Shown here in pieces: positions 25,790 through 41,003 of a DNA stretch of 64,000 bases. The notes under the pieces were generated by a model that saw nothing but the letters and a program-made list of their open reading frames with translations, ran no database searches and was not told where the DNA came from. Position 1 is the stretch's first letter, and each line of letters starts with the position of its first letter. The DNA comes from Octopus sinensis (Eukaryota): contig NC_043009.1 of the NCBI RefSeq assembly GCF_006345805.1, positions 54,126,001 to 54,190,000 of the forward strand, given 5' to 3'. Position numbers and translations under genes: made by a program.

Positions 25790-26700
25790 CAATAACAAAC
25801 ACAAGAACTGTGATTAACTAAAAGAAATTGTTAACAATCAAAAAAATAATATTTGGAAGATGCTGCTTCAAGCCCAGGTTTTGCAAAGTAGATTTGAAAC
25901 TGTTGTGCAGAATTTTCCGGAGATTTGGTAATAAGCGGTTGGTAGTGCCTTGTTATCTGCTTATGAGCCTGCTGTACGTTGTGTGGAGGCGTATGAGTTG
26001 AAAATATGGGGGAACAAACAATTTATTTCTTGTATATCATTTTAACAATCGTAAGGGTTAGATTTGTTGACCGTGTACACTTCAGAGACTTAACGTTCAA
26101 CCGGTGGTTTACTAATCTGTATTTTATTTATTCCTTAGGAGGTGATAAGCGATTTTTTATTTGACTGAATAATGGAGAATGGAATCAAAAGTTTGGCTGA
26201 TGTCGTTAGCATTAAGGAAGATAGATACACTAGTTACTATATTGTTAAAAGCAAAACAAATTTCGTGTTTAATGTTTGTGAGAAGTGTGACAGTTTAATG
26301 TAGTGGTCTGAATTCGTGTAATAACTTCGGGAGAGACATGTAAGAGTTTTAGACATTCTGTGGGAGCGTTGTGGCTCTATTTGATATTAAGTTGAATTTT
26401 GATATGAGACTGGTGATGCATAGTTTTCGCTTAATATTCCTGTCTTCTAACTAAATTCTGTGGTTCTGGTGGTATAGTTTCTAGAAATATCTGCTAAACG
26501 CTTTTACTTGATGATGGTTTGTAGGTTTATTATTAGAGATTATAATTGTGTTACTGGACGTAATGTTATTAGCATTAATTACTCAATATAAAGTCTTAAT
26601 ATTTTGTGATATATTCTAAATAAAAATGTTTGATAGTTTTCTGTTCGTTCTATGGTCGACATATTGTTATGTTTTCTGTTGTTGTTGTCGTTTTTTGTGG
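25790..26700 (-). pseudogene. Highly degraded PLE thumb / GIY-YIG remnant
   Basis: Minus frame AHKQITRHYQPLITKSPENSAQQFQIYFAKPGL resembles the PLE C-terminus (HxQQI…F.KP.LN); many disruptions. Confidence 0.35.
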
Positions 26701-26904
26701 GTTTTTTTTTTTACATTGTAGAATTGTTTGATGATAAGTTTTATTGCGGCTCGGCAATAATGCTATTTTAATGCTCTTTCTTTTATTTGAGAGTGTCTCT
26801 GTTTTTTATTAATTTGGCAATTTGTAACGTATCACTGGCGTTGTATTTGTTATGGCTTCTTGTGTAATGTTTCTTTTTAATATATTTTTCATATATCCTT
26901 CATT

Positions 26905-27730
26905 GGTTTCCGTCATTGACCTGCGACAACGCTGGGGCATCGCTTTAGTGTTTTTTAGTCCAACAAATCGACTCCATTACCTAAGTTTTTAAGTCTGGTA
27001 CTTACCCTGTCGGTTCTTTAGCCGAATCGTTAAAATACGAAGTGTATACAAACCAACACCGGTCGTAAATCAGGGCTGTGTAGTAAACAAATTAACACGG
27101 GTCGTAAAGCAGGAATGTGTTGTGGCTAGTGATCTATCATGGTGAATGCCGGACAAAGGGGTCACACAGGAGGGCTAAGAAGAAGGGGAGATAATAAAGT
27201 AGTGGTGATACCAAATGAAAGTGAACGTGCGTGAGTATAAGAGAGCATGTATGTGCGTGTGGAAGAGGGGTGGGGGACCTTGACGTGTGCGTCTGTGCAT
27301 GTGTAGGTGTGTGGATGATGGTGTAGGGCTGGGAAGTGGTGAGTGCTAGTGTGTGTGTGGTGGTGTGATGTGATGTGGTGTTGTGTGATATGGTGGTGTA
27401 TGGTGTTGTAGTGTTGGGAGGTGGGTGGTGTGGGAGTGGGTGTAAGGGATTGGGTGGGAGGATGGGATGGATAGGGAAGGTGGGGTTGGATTGTGTACAG
27501 GTGGAGTTACGAGGGAGGGCTGAAGATGAAGTGAGAGGGGGTAGGGAGAAGGTAGGTAGGAGGGAAGAGAAAGATAGTAGAAGTGAAGAGAAGGCGATAA
27601 GCTTCTTTTATTTTCTGTCTACCAAATCCGCGTTTGGTAGCTCCGGGACAGACGTAGAAGATACTCGCGTAATACGTCACGTAATTGTTGGATTGTTGGA
27701 AAGCAAGCTTCTTAAGACACGACCATGTTT
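26905..27730 (-). mobile_element. SINE family A with expanded low-complexity middle
   Basis: Tail homology at 26905-27060 and head homology at 27595-27730, in the correct order and strand, separated by about 530 bp of G/T-rich sequence. Confidence 0.6.
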
Positions 27731-28719
27731 GCACTTGTCATTATTAAGTCCAATGTATTTATTTATTATTAAGTTCAATGTTTCTATGTTTATACTTGCG
27801 ATGTTTTTTTGAAAACATTTATTCTGTTCCTTAGTGGAAATCGTTTCGCTCTATTTTAAAATCATTTATGCTATCTAAATTGATACGGGGAAGTGTTACT
27901 GTGATAATGAATAAAGGTTTTGTGGATACTTGGAATATTTACTCGGTGTTGTGGTGAATAGGCGTGTGGTTTGGAGATGGATGTGTTGTCTAGGAAAGAG
28001 TTATTGGAGATGACTCGGTATGGAAGATTTGTGAGAAAGTGTGTTGTGTTAAAGATATAGAAGAGGTTTGGAAGTGCTGCTATTGTGTTACTGTTTTTGT
28101 TAGCCATTCCACCTTAAAACGACAATGTGCTGAATGCATTAATGCCGCCTACAGTACTGACATATGAGTGATGATTAAAGTGTTACAGCTAGAACAGTTA
28201 TATCCTCTGTTTCGTCAGTTGGTGAGATGGGTGGCAGTATATATTTATTTGATTATATGAATGTTATATATTGCAGTTTTCCTTCATGTTGAAAAGCCTG
28301 GATGTTAACTATTGCACCGTTTTACGATAATTTACCGAAGTATTTATTTCATATCTATGTATTGATTTTCTACATCTGTTATAGGGCTTCTCTCTGTTGT
28401 GAAAGGTTTTGTCTAGTCGGATTTAAGTATAGTTTGGAAAATTAGAATTTTTGCATTTACATATAAGATTATTTTTTGAATCAGCGCTAAGTAAATAGCG
28501 TGTTTGATTATAAAACCTTTTAGCTTTATAAATGTCTTTATAATACCTTTAAAGTTATACAGATGACAATTTAATTTCTTGCGTGTTGAACGTTTTGTAT
28601 TGTCTTAGAAGCAATTATATTTAAAACCATTCTATGGAAATATTTGACACTGAAAAGGGACTTAGTGATAAAACTTCTTGTCAGAATAGTTACTTGTGTG
28701 ACTGATAACGTCTCGAGCT

Positions 28720-29220
28720 ACTCGAATCGTTAGTGTGTCAGCCTTCCATTCTTTGTTCTTGCTCATTATATTCTGTGCTGAAATCCAGCCACGGACAACT
28801 AGCTTTCCATCTCTTCACAGTTGGAAAAGTATAGTACTTCTCAAGCATTGGGGTTGGTTACATCGACCAAAGACCTTTCTACCTGGCTTTCTACCTAAAA
28901 TCAGAAGCTTTTATTGTTCATTATTTTCTAAATAATTTGTGACGTGGAGAAGAGAACCCTATATCATTGACTGACATTAGCTCAGTCATAACGGGGGTGG
29001 GATGAAAGTGACACATCGGACAAGAAATTCCATTATTCCTGATACCGACGTGATAGTCATGGCTGAAACGACGTTGTTTATAGGACTGTAAAGCCAGAAC
29101 GCAAAAAGGCTTTGTGGCTAATCAACAACAGCTGGTACTTTAGCAATAGAGTCATCAACATCTTGCACCATAATTTTATATTCCGCAAATTTGTGTAATA
29201 TTGCTACAAAAAAATCACTT
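28720..29220 (-). pseudogene. Possible RTE-clade APE endonuclease remnant
   Basis: Minus frame TILFQL*RWKASCPWLDF and a VTFI/APT-like segment resemble RTE endonuclease motifs; very degenerate. Confidence 0.35.
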
Positions 29221-29502
29221 GTAGTTCGATTAGTGACAAATCGATAATTATTATAATTCCACAAATATTACCTTTCTTATGATGAACAGCTGTATTCTGT
29301 GGAGAAATTAGTGATCGGAGATATTATCTTAAGCTAAATTACTTACTAATTGATGTAACAAATTACACTCATTTAATGTGTATATATGAATATCTATAAT
29401 ACCAATTTTGTTCAAGTATCGATTGTCTCTTTGTATATCTGTTTATGTATGTAAATATATAGTTGTGTACGTATATATGTATGAATGTATCTACTTGTGT
29501 AA

Positions 29503-29551
<49 letters not shown>

Positions 29552-29909
29552 ATATATGAAAGGATATGTGTATGTCTTTATTAATATAAGTAAGGAGATA
29601 TATGTTGTCTATGTCTGGAACTGTTTCTAATCTAACTTTTCAACAACCTCTATTGCTCTCTGTGCCTGCTTCTCTGCCTCTCTCTCTGTATGAATGTACG
29701 TACGTATGTATGCATTACGTACGTACGTATGTATGTGTGCATGTATGTATATATGTATCTATGTGTGTGTGTGCATATGTATGTATAGACGCATTTATGG
29801 TCATTGATGTATATACGTTTCTGCATACGTAGATGTGTGCGTATCTGTGTATATGTGCATACATCCTCATGCACGTGCACATACACTTACGTATATATGT
29901 ATGTATGTA

Positions 29910-29972
<63 letters not shown>

Positions 29973-30669
29973 ATGTGTGTGTGTGTGTATGTATATATAT
30001 ATAATGATGCATGTATGCATGTATATATATATATGTATGTATGTATGTATATATTTATGTATGTATGTATGTATACACAGATGTGTATTCACTTTCAAGC
30101 CCTTATAATAAAGACTATTATATGCAAGCTCAGACATCAGCGTATTTATGTGTGATTGTGCGTGTGAGTGTATGCATATATAATGAGTATACAATTATAT
30201 ACGAATATTTGTGTTTACATACATATATGTATGCGCATATGTCTGAATCTATCTATGTATATATGCCTGTAAGTCAGGAATTATAAGCACACGTACATCA
30301 AAGACACATACACACATACACAAACGCACATATCAAGGACACATACACACATACACAAACGCACATATCAAAGACATACACACGTACACATTCCTGATAC
30401 GATATTGCCGAGGGAGTTGGTAAGATTATGAATTTGTGGTTCTATTAAGCAATATTAGATTTACAATTAAGTAGACACTTCATCACTTTGTAACAATGAT
30501 TAAGATACACATGTGCTTACCTATTCCAAAATCAATACACACTGACGTCTCACACTCTCTCTCTCTCTCTCTCTTTCTCTCTTTCTCTCTTTCTCTCTAT
30601 TTCTGATTCATTCCCTGTATGTATGTCTGTATATATAATTATCTATATGTGTTAGTGTATACATATGTA

Positions 30670-31065
30670 TATACCTATATGGAAATGTTTCCTTCTATTA
30701 AATTCACCGACAAGTCTTTGGTGGGCCCGAGGCTGTAGTAGAAGACACTTGCCCAAGGTGTCACTCAGTGGGCCTAAATTCGGAACCACGTGGCTTGGAA
30801 GCAAACTTCTCAACACAAATCCACGCCTGCAAAATGAAGGAACCCCGTCGTATGTATAGATATACATAAGTGGTGGTCCCACTTATGTATATCTAGAAAG
30901 CCTGTGTTGCTGTGTTTACGTCCACGTTATCTAACGGTTCGGCAAAAGAGACGTAAATTATATACTAGGCTTCAAAAAAGGGAAGTACTGGCTGTCCTTT
31001 GTTCGATTAAGTCTATTTAGGGTGGTGCCCCAGCATGACCACAGTCTCATGATTAAAACAATCGG
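30670..31065. mobile_element. SINE family A: head on minus strand (30670-30830) and tail on plus strand (30890-31065)
   Basis: Each part matches the 11005 copy but in opposite orientations. Confidence 0.65.
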
Positions 31066-32900
31066 TTTATGCGAAGGCGATTTCAAAATACGTTATACAA
31101 ACCAGTTATTCTCTATTCGGGACGTCGAGAAAGGCAAAGCCACAAACCTGAGGATTGCTTGGAGACACAAGGCGAGTTATAAAAGCCTTCTTAGACACGT
31201 TCTTCCACAGCATGAAACAATTCGTAGCTCGTATCTTTATACTGTGTACATTAAATGGAATTTATCTCTAAGTGGACCGAACAGTAAACTCTTTGTGTGT
31301 ATGTGCATAGTGACCCACAGCAGTATTCACAAAGTGCAATAAACTATCTTTTCACAAATATTTATTTAGCGAAAGAAAATAATTGATAACGAGTCGAATC
31401 ACGCGAATATAGTTATATAGGCGCGCACTTGTAATTGCGCATAAAAAAAGACAAACATACATATATATAGATACATAGATAGATTGTTACCTAGATAGAC
31501 AAATATAGACAGACAAATATACATATTATCTTTGTTATGTAATCATTCATTATATATGCACACGCATACATACAAACACATAATTACATATGCACATATA
31601 GACAGCCAGACAGATTGACAGACAGACAGACAGAATGATAAATAGATAGTTACATAGATCTTATGGTTGAGAAATAGCTAGTTTTAACTGCTATTTCTAA
31701 ATTTCGGTTATGTGGTGAAGCAAATTTTTTGCTAAACCCTAATTATAATAATACTCATAATAAAAATTCTTGTTTACGTTTACCGATAAATGGTCCTTTT
31801 AACATACCGAACTACTTGGTAAAATTATTAATTATTAATTAATTAATTAATTTTACCCTTTATTATTATTATTATAGGTAAATAGATAGATTGATTGATT
31901 GATTGATAAATGTTAGCTTCTCTTATTGACGATATTGATGTTGTTGTTGTACTGCATCACCACAGGCAGACATTAAAAGAGTAGAGCCATGTCTTAAGAT
32001 ATTCCAGCTGAGACAGCATATACATAACCGTGCGCGTGCGCACATACACATCCACAGATTATGATTCGAGATGATGAATTTTAATTCCAAGAAGTACAAC
32101 GACCACACATGGCCTCCGTCTTTGTCCACTGACTTTAACTGTGGTTAGACTATGCTATATCTTTAATATACGAGTGGCGGGTGTGTTTGTGGAATTCCAA
32201 GAAGTAGTTTTTTGATGATTGTGCAATGTGTGAATCGTTATATTATAGGACAAGATCACTTTCTTTATTTGTTCTCGCTCTTTTCATGCTTAGTTCGTAT
32301 TCTGCTATGGTGAACTCTGCTTTTCATCCATTCAAGGATGCTAACATAAAATACAAGTCCAATATTCTGGATCAGCAAACTAGAGATGCCTTGTTGCGAT
32401 GCTCTTCCTCCAGTTGTCTGTTTCATATTCCTAGGTGTTAGACTTCATCTTATCTAGTTTGATACTACCAAAAAGTTCTGGGGTACCTCTAGCTAATTTA
32501 AATCTGCAGTGAGAACTGGAAACATGCCTCCTGCTTTACAGTTCCACCTACTAATTTAGCAGCATTCGGGTCTGGCCTCTGATTTGAGAATGGTCTCTTT
32601 TCTTCTCTTACCAATCTTGGAACTCCCGGAAAAAGAATATTAAAGAAAGGGATGGCTGGTGCTACTTTCCCTACCTGACTAAACGGTAAGATTTATTGTT
32701 GAATGTGAGTGGTGTTCAAGTTGATGTTGCCTCTTATGAAATAAGTTTCAGTATCTTTTGAAGGCACGCGATCTAAGTACGGCGGCCATGGCTTTTCTTT
32801 AATCGATTTTGTATGTATAATGTCCAATATTATATATATATATATACACACACATATATATATAAATATATACAGAGAGAGAGAGAGAGAGAAAGGGATA

Positions 32901-32933
<33 letters not shown>

Positions 32934-33205
32934 ATATATATCATTTTTAATGCGCATGTGGATTGTAGAACAGAAACTAGATAATGTTATTAACAAGGAT
33001 CTTGCTGCCAAAATTAGAAATCTAAAAGCCCTTTCTTTAGTAATAGAACATGTAAACCGTTCAACCGAAGCATTTGAGAGTCGGTTCTGAACACACATTT
33101 GATTATTTATCATCGTTCAAATGACGTATCAAAATGAATTTTATGTGTGCGTGTATGTATGCCACTAACTGTTTATCTATCTATCTATCTATCTATCTAT
33201 GTATA

Positions 33206-33252
<47 letters not shown>

Positions 33253-33256
33253 ATAT

Positions 33257-33287
<31 letters not shown>

Positions 33288-33348
33288 CTATCCATCTATC
33301 CTTCCATCCATCCATCTATATATATATATATTATATATATATATATAT

Positions 33349-33381
<33 letters not shown>

Positions 33382-33688
33382 GGATGAGTCTGTGTGTATG
33401 TGTGTGTGTGTGCCTGTGATTGTTTATACTCAGATAGCAAGGCAGAAATCCATATTATTTAGGAGTATATTTGCATATGAGTATCATTATGTTGAGTTCT
33501 TCTTTCAATCATTGGACTGCGGCCATACTGTGGCACTAACCAAAAGAGATTTAAGTCAATAAAATCGACTTCAATAACATTTTAAAAACCTGTGCAATGT
33601 AACGGAAATAAATTAGCCCGCACAGCTTGTTGAGCCATGGCTGTGTGTATACAAACACAAACACATAGACAGATAGATAAACAGTCAA

Positions 33689-33764
<76 letters not shown>

Positions 33765-33806
33765 GCAGACAGACAGACACAGAGACAGACACACAGACAG
33801 ACAGAC

Positions 33807-33875
<69 letters not shown>

Positions 33876-33910
33876 TATGGATAGATAGATATATGGATAG
33901 ATAGATAGAT

Positions 33911-33977
<67 letters not shown>

Positions 33978-34497
33978 CAGTGGTTGCATGTATGAGAGAG
34001 AGAAATTTTTTGTGTGCGGTTATATAAAATATCAGTGAGAAACCATATTGGTCTATTATATTATCTGCGATGAAATTTTCCGAAGAACATCAATTCTTGT
34101 GAAATTTTAATGTAAAATTTATTTGCTTCAATCTCATGCATATCACAATAAAGATTTTTGACAGTTTCTGGAAATTCTTTCGGAAGATTCACCAATGAAA
34201 TATAAAGTTGTCAAGATATTTCAAATCCAACAACTAATATTTTAAATTTGATATTTTATAGTTTTTAAACGCATCTATTCGTGCTTTGTTCAACGGAATG
34301 CAATTTGTTTTACATACATACATGCATACATACATACATACGTACGTGCATACATACTTACATGCATGCATACGCAACACACACACATGCAGATTCAAAC
34401 ACGCACACAGAGACACAAGCATATCTACGCATACATACACACGTATACATATATAAGCAGATTTATGTGTGTTTATATATATGTATGTGCATGTACA

Positions 34498-34535
<38 letters not shown>

Positions 34536-36244
34536 AGCATACATACACATATATGTATGTTTATATGTATGTATGTATGTATATATGTATGTATGTATGT
34601 GTGTATGTGTGTCTATGTATATGTGTGTATATATTAAAGCAGGAAAGTGAAGAATCTTTGCGATATTATTCATTCGCGCCATTACAGTTGTTTCATTTGC
34701 TAATAGATGTCACAAGGTTTTTACATGTAGAAAATATGTAAGCTATCTCCTCTAAGATATTCTTCATGCAGAGAAGCAATAATACGAAATTTACATTATC
34801 TTATTTCATCATGATAATGAATTAAGTGAGTGGTTGGATATGTTTAATTTTTATAGATATTATTTAGAATATCTCATTCGTAATTTTACACACCAAACGA
34901 TAAATCCAAGCAACCAATAGTTTCAATACCTGGAATTACAGGATAATTTTTTATCCTAAATTTATTCTTTAATGTGAGTATTGAAGGACGATTTATTCTT
35001 GCAGTGACTTTTCTTTTACCACACATGCTCAAATCGTAGTTTTTCACATATATTTTATTATATATTTTCTATTACTTTGTGTAAACCATTCACGTAATAT
35101 TAATTTTTACTTCACAAGTGTAAAGAATTTTTCTATTTTCTGTATTCCAAATAATTATCATTTTTCAAACTGACAATCAAAAGTATTCATTTTACATCTC
35201 TGCACTTGCTTTATTATTCACTTCCTTTCAATATGTGGCCTTATCCTATCAAGATATATTTTTAGATGTATTCAACAACGCGAACATCAGATAAGTTTTC
35301 GAAATTTCTAATATCCAATAAACTTAACCATAATTTCGTATTATTACTGTCAAGAACTCGTTCTACCTCAAATGTTTACGCAAACGTTTAAAGACACACA
35401 TAAATATGTAAATAAACACTCATACATTCACACAGACACACGCACAAATACACACGCATAATATGCCAAGATTCAGTTGAATAAGGTACTTAATGTTAGG
35501 TCGGAATAAAATACACACACAACAATTACAGATGAACACCGACCTTGTTATAGAATTTCTGGCAGAATGTATGCACTTAATTGGACCCAACTCAGTATAT
35601 AATCCGCTCTGGAGCTATTCAGACATGTACATTTTACTAAATATACACTCCTTAATATGATACGGAATACGCGAGGGGCAGGTTCCGAAAGGTAAATTTA
35701 AAATATATAAATAAGTAACACTTGATGAACAGGTGTCAGTTTATTACAACTGTTTCTAGCGAATTTTTAATTGGTCGATGAGTACCTTATATCATTATAA
35801 AAAAATAACTATTTACTCATAATGATAGACTGTACTCATAGATGAATTAAAACATTCGTTAGAAACGGCTGTAATGTTCTGAGACCTGTCAAATAATTGT
35901 TGCTTATGTGCTTGTGTGTTCGTGTTTGTGTGTGTCTGTATGTGTTTGTGAATTTGTGTGTGTACCACTGTCTCCTTGTGTCTGCATCTTTGAATGTGCT
36001 TGTGTATGGGTTTCTGTTACTCTGTATGTGCGTCTATTATGTGTGTATGTGTCTCCAAATGTGTCCTTGTGTGATGTGTGCGAGTGTGAATATGGTCATG
36101 TGTTTCAGTTTTCATATGTATGTATGTATGTATATGTGTGTTTGTATCTGTCTGCCTATATTACCTGTGTACCTATCTATCTGTATATCTACTGTCCATA
36201 CGCGTAACTATTTACCCATATATATACGTATATATATATATATA

Positions 36245-36362
36245 CTCTTTTACTTGTTTGTCATTTGACTCCGGCCATGCTGAAGCAGTACCTTTAGTCG
36301 AACAAGTTTCTGGTCGGCCCGAGGTTATAGTAGAAAACACTTGCTCAAGGTGCCACGCATGT
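36245..36362 (-). mobile_element. SINE family A with internal deletion
   Basis: The tail end is joined directly to the CORE-like segment. Confidence 0.7.
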
Positions 36363-37545
36363 AGTTGGAATGAGTGTATCCCCATAAGGGTTTAGTATTC
36401 AGCAAGATGTGTTACAAACACTGCTTCTCGTCTGCCACGAGTCAAAAGACTCGCGGCAAATTAGTATATTATGAAACTAAGCAATTACTAAATAATGTTA
36501 CGTTTTAGTGGCTTTTGTTAGAGGAGTTATGGCAGTGACCATTGCAATTTTCAGAGTTTGCAGGACTGATGGGGGAAAAGAAGGAAGACTGGTCATCTAG
36601 CCGAAATACTTGCAAGCGATCCAAATGGAAGGTGCTGGCGTTAAAATGGGATGGGGTTTAGGTCAACCAGCTAAAACAATATGGGTCCTACAGCAAGACA
36701 TCGGCAAAGTTTCTTTTTATCAAATTTCAGTCGCAAGACTTTGATTGATTTAGGTGTATGTAGAAGGCACGCCACAAAGGTAACGAAGCGGTCATATTTC
36801 CCCATTGCCTATATTGATTAAATGAAAGTAAAATATTGCAGATAGAAGTTTTATTTCCTCTTTAACGGAGATTGAATTCAGATGAAATTATTGCGAAAGT
36901 ATAGATTGGAAAGCATTGCGTGTCATGCTCTGCTCTGACGTTTTAATGTTCCAACACATTTACCTAACGAAACATTACAGAAGTAGTGTTAACTGCGGCT
37001 GTTTATGCAAGAAATAAGCACTGACTTTCTTTAATGAATTTCAAAAACCAATAACGAAGAAACATAATTTGAAAACCACGAAAAAAGATAAGAGCATATG
37101 GATTAAAATCGATTCAATGTCAATTGAAAAAGTTAAATAATAATCAAACGCAAATTTTACATTTTCATATTGGAATATTTGAGCACTTTACATTCCTTTA
37201 TTTAATTTTGATGGAAATTTTGAAGTTGTTTTTCTGTTTGTTGTTTATCTTCATTGATTTTTACTTCTTTTTTTTCCCGCAGTTTCTTTCACCTTTCCTC
37301 TGGTTTGTCTTTCTAAGGTTTCCTTCATTCGCACAGACGTTTTCAAACACAAATAATAATGCATTTTCAATTACTTTATATGAAGTTTACTTGAATATGA
37401 ACGGAATTCTATAGAATACATAAAAAGAATTGTCAGTAGTAAGTTCTAGAATCAATGAAAGATATTCAAAATATCTACAAAATGATTTTCAAATATTAAA
37501 ATGGCATTTCATCGATTCACTTTCACCCTCCACTTATCTTTCTTT

Positions 37546-37586
<41 letters not shown>

Positions 37587-38329
37587 CTCTCTCTGTTTCA
37601 TACGCGCATCTATTTATGAGAATATATGTGGTGTGTGTGTGCGTATGTATGTGTGTGTGTGTGTGTGTAGATAGTTATGTATGTGCATAGACACACACAC
37701 ATTTATATATATTTACGGAAATGCCCGAGCACGCACATTGATATATATGTCTGCTATTTATGTGTGCACGTATATGCGCATGAGTGTATGTGTGAGTATG
37801 TGTGTATTTGTGTGCTCATAGTTTCAAATATGTGTGTGGGTATGTGGTGTGTGTGTATGTGTGCACATAGTTTCAAATATGTGTGTATGTCCGTGTGAAT
37901 GTAAACATATATGTATATATTCTCACGTATCATGTCTGATTATAAACTCAAGTATTGGCAACCGGTGATATTGCATACAACGGCATATCACACACTTCTG
38001 GTATCTCATTTTATACGCAAACATAAAAGTACACGTCCGCACGCATAAATTCGCTCACACACGGACACACACTCAATTATACGCATCATTCATGTGGGTG
38101 TATTAGTGGTCATGTATTAATATTTCATTCTGGAATAAGGGATTGTGCAGTCCATCCGAAGCTGATTGAGATGTATTGGATGAGAATTGCATCGTCGGTA
38201 TTCTGGGAAGGGATGAATGAATACGATGAGATGATGATACCGAGATGAAGCGGTTTAATAGAATAGGAAGAGGAGAGACGAGTGAAACAAAAAGGTTTGA
38301 ATGGAGGTGACATAACATCAAGCAGCTAA

Positions 38330-38725
38330 GGAAAAGGAAGGCGTAAGAGTATGAGGATGGCGAGGGTTTATCAGCAGGAGGGGGAGAAAGAGGTTGTGAA
38401 GAGGAGGCGTTGAGAGTGGGAAGCGGTTGTGAAGTGGATGTGGTGTTGAGAAGGAAGAGACGTTGAGGAGGAGGAAGAGGAAGGGGAAGTAGAGACGTTG
38501 AGGAGGTGTTGAGGAGAGAATGTTGAGGAGGAGGAGGAGGCGGGGAGAAGTTGAAGAGGAGGGGAAAAGTTGAGGAGGAGAGGGAGGAAAAAGTGGAGGG
38601 TAGATGTTAAAGAGGAGGGGAAAAGTTGGGGAGGAAGTGAAGGGGAGGAGGAGGGTAGATGTTGAAGAGGAGTGGAAAGTTGAGTAGGAGGGGAGGAGGA
38701 AGAGGAAGTGGAGGAGGTGTTTGTG
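38330..38725. repeat. Purine-rich (GAG/GGA) low-complexity tract
   Basis: Direct reading. Confidence 0.85.
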
Positions 38726-38817
38726 TTGGACGAGGAGAGAAACAGTCGCTATGCTAATAAATCAGAGGAATTCCCGCCAAACAATCGAGCACCCTTTTCT
38801 GAATACAGTGTCAGATT

Positions 38818-38856
<39 letters not shown>

Positions 38857-38869
38857 GTACTGTTTCAGG

Positions 38870-39120
38870 TACAAGGCCATTATCCTGTTGTGCACCTCTC
38901 CCGAGCTTTATACAGAGTTAGTAGTTGTGTTGCTAGTGAAATATTTTGTTCCTGAAGATTAAAGCCAGTCTTTGCTAAGCAGTTTTGAGTGTGCTAAAGA
39001 TGTGCGTTCGCTAGGAGAGATTCCTTGTTAGGATGTGCCTTAGCAATTAGAGGAACATATGATAAGTCTAGCTGTGAGATTTTAAGAGTGAGGATTTGAT
39101 AATATTCTCTTTATAAGTGT
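38870..39120 (-). pseudogene. Possible PLE RT-thumb remnant
   Basis: Minus frame PLIAKAHPNKESLLANAHL resembles the PLE motif P.IAY.RP.NL.DLLV.A.L. Confidence 0.35.
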
Positions 39121-39293
39121 AATGATTGTATCTTTGATCTGTTAAAAGAATCACTATCATCATGATATCACTGGAAGATGTTTGTTTCGCTCATGGATTC
39201 GGTATATATACGGCTCGAGATACAGAGGTTGCATGTCAATGACACGGAGGGATATGCTATGACAGAGTAAAATGTGGTTTTATCTATGTAGGA

Positions 39294-39469
39294 CAGGTGT
39301 CCCCAAACATTTTAGACTATCGACCCCTTCATGGAGTCCTTGACCTCTCATGGATCCCAGACATATATAAGAAATTAAATAATAATAATTAATTAGATGT
39401 GCATTTATCGACCCCTTGAATAGTCCCATCTAACCCTGGGATAAATATCGACCAATTTGAAAACCCCTG
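39294..39469. mobile_element. hAT/Charlie-like MITE
   Basis: CAGGTGTCCCCAAAC … ATTTGAAAACCCCTG imperfect TIRs; 8-bp flanks ATGTAGGA and ATGTTGAG could be a decayed TSD. Confidence 0.55.
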
Positions 39470-39594
39470 ATGTTGAGGTAAACGATATCAAGGGTTATGG
39501 CAAGTAGGTTTATGGATGTAAAATTAACTGACAAAGGTTAACTTCATCATCCTAAAATCCAGTCATTGTCGTATCATAAGGACTCATAAGTTGG

Positions 39595-39780
39595 TGGAGT
39601 CCCGTGGCTTAGTGAGTAGGGTTTGGCACTCATCATCGTAAGGTTGTGGTTTCGAATCCTGGACCGGGCAACGCGTTGTGTTCTTGAGCAAAACACTTCA
39701 TTTCACATTGCTCCAGTCCTCTCAGATGATAAAACTGAGTAATCTTGTGACGGACCGGCGTCCCGTCCGGAACTGGGAAG
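39595..39780 (+). mobile_element. tRNA-derived SINE (family D)
   Basis: GTGGCTTAGTG A-box, GGTTTCGAATCC B-box, CTTGAGCAAAACAC CORE-like segment, and GTGACGGACCGGCGTCCCGTCC. Confidence 0.7.
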
Positions 39781-40826
39781 GTATCTTTCTTTAATTGGTC
39801 ATAAGTTGATATCATTAGCAGCACTAATTGCCATAGGTGTAAATATACGTTATCGTTGTTACTTTCTAAGATACTAGAATGCCCTCTCTGCCAAATCGCG
39901 CCTAATTTGTTTTCTTTGTTTTATCAAAATAGGAATGCTGATAAGATGATGTAATATTCGATACACTATTTTTGAAAGAAAACACAACATTGTCATTGCT
40001 AGAATGTCGAAATATACTGAGTCATCAATCTACATCATCAGAGTCAGCCTGTGGCTAAACGGCTGTAAAGTTTCCTTCGGATTAACCTTGTCTGCCCTGA
40101 ACCCTTGTCTAACTTTACCTGTGTATATTATTTGTCATGTATTAGGCAGAAATCTCCGACAAAATAAGGGAGTATAATACGTTTTTTCTCTTTGAGAAAC
40201 CCTAAAAAAGATACATGATGTAACACTCCCTACTCTAGTTAAACCAAAAGAATTCCGAAAAGGATAAACCTTTTTCTATTCGCTACAAAATAAAACAATA
40301 TTAATATCAACAACATATCTGGTCTAGTAATTGTGGCTTCTGAAATCTACTGCAAAGAGGTTACAGTGTGAGGGACATGACGAACTTGTGTAGTTGCTGC
40401 AATATCTCTGTCACAGTGTATAAATATTTAATGGATTCTATGCCCAGAATTTAATGAAGACAAATATCATTGGAGAGAGAGAGAGATGTGTTTCGAAAAA
40501 CGAGTAAGTTATGTTCTCTTGGTGACCCGCAGAGAAATTTTAGAGAATTAACATTCGAAAGCAGAAAGAAAATTAATAACAACAACAACAACAACAACAA
40601 CAAAAGCAACGATTAATTCTACCACAATATCCACAACTGCAACCAACAGCACTAACACGACAGCTTACAGCATAACAAGTACAACCACGGAAAAATAATC
40701 CACCACACTCAACATCAATACCATCACAAGCACCACCACAAAAAGGTACTACAAACATCACAACAACCTCCTACACAAACGAAACTAAAACCATCCCAAC
40801 CACCACCACAATTATATCCATATGCA

Positions 40827-40911
<85 letters not shown>

Positions 40912-40934
40912 ATATTATATATATATATATATAT

Positions 40935-41003
<69 letters not shown>

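Noticed and set aside
27800-28700. Possible continuation of the PLE RT upstream of the 26.9-kb SINE
   Set aside because: The PHAYSPQHRVNIP segment is suggestive, but no RT catalytic motif could be read.
32380-32690. Possible RTE 3' coding remnant on the minus strand
   Set aside because: Only vague similarity (…GKRRK…, WRKSI); no diagnostic motif.
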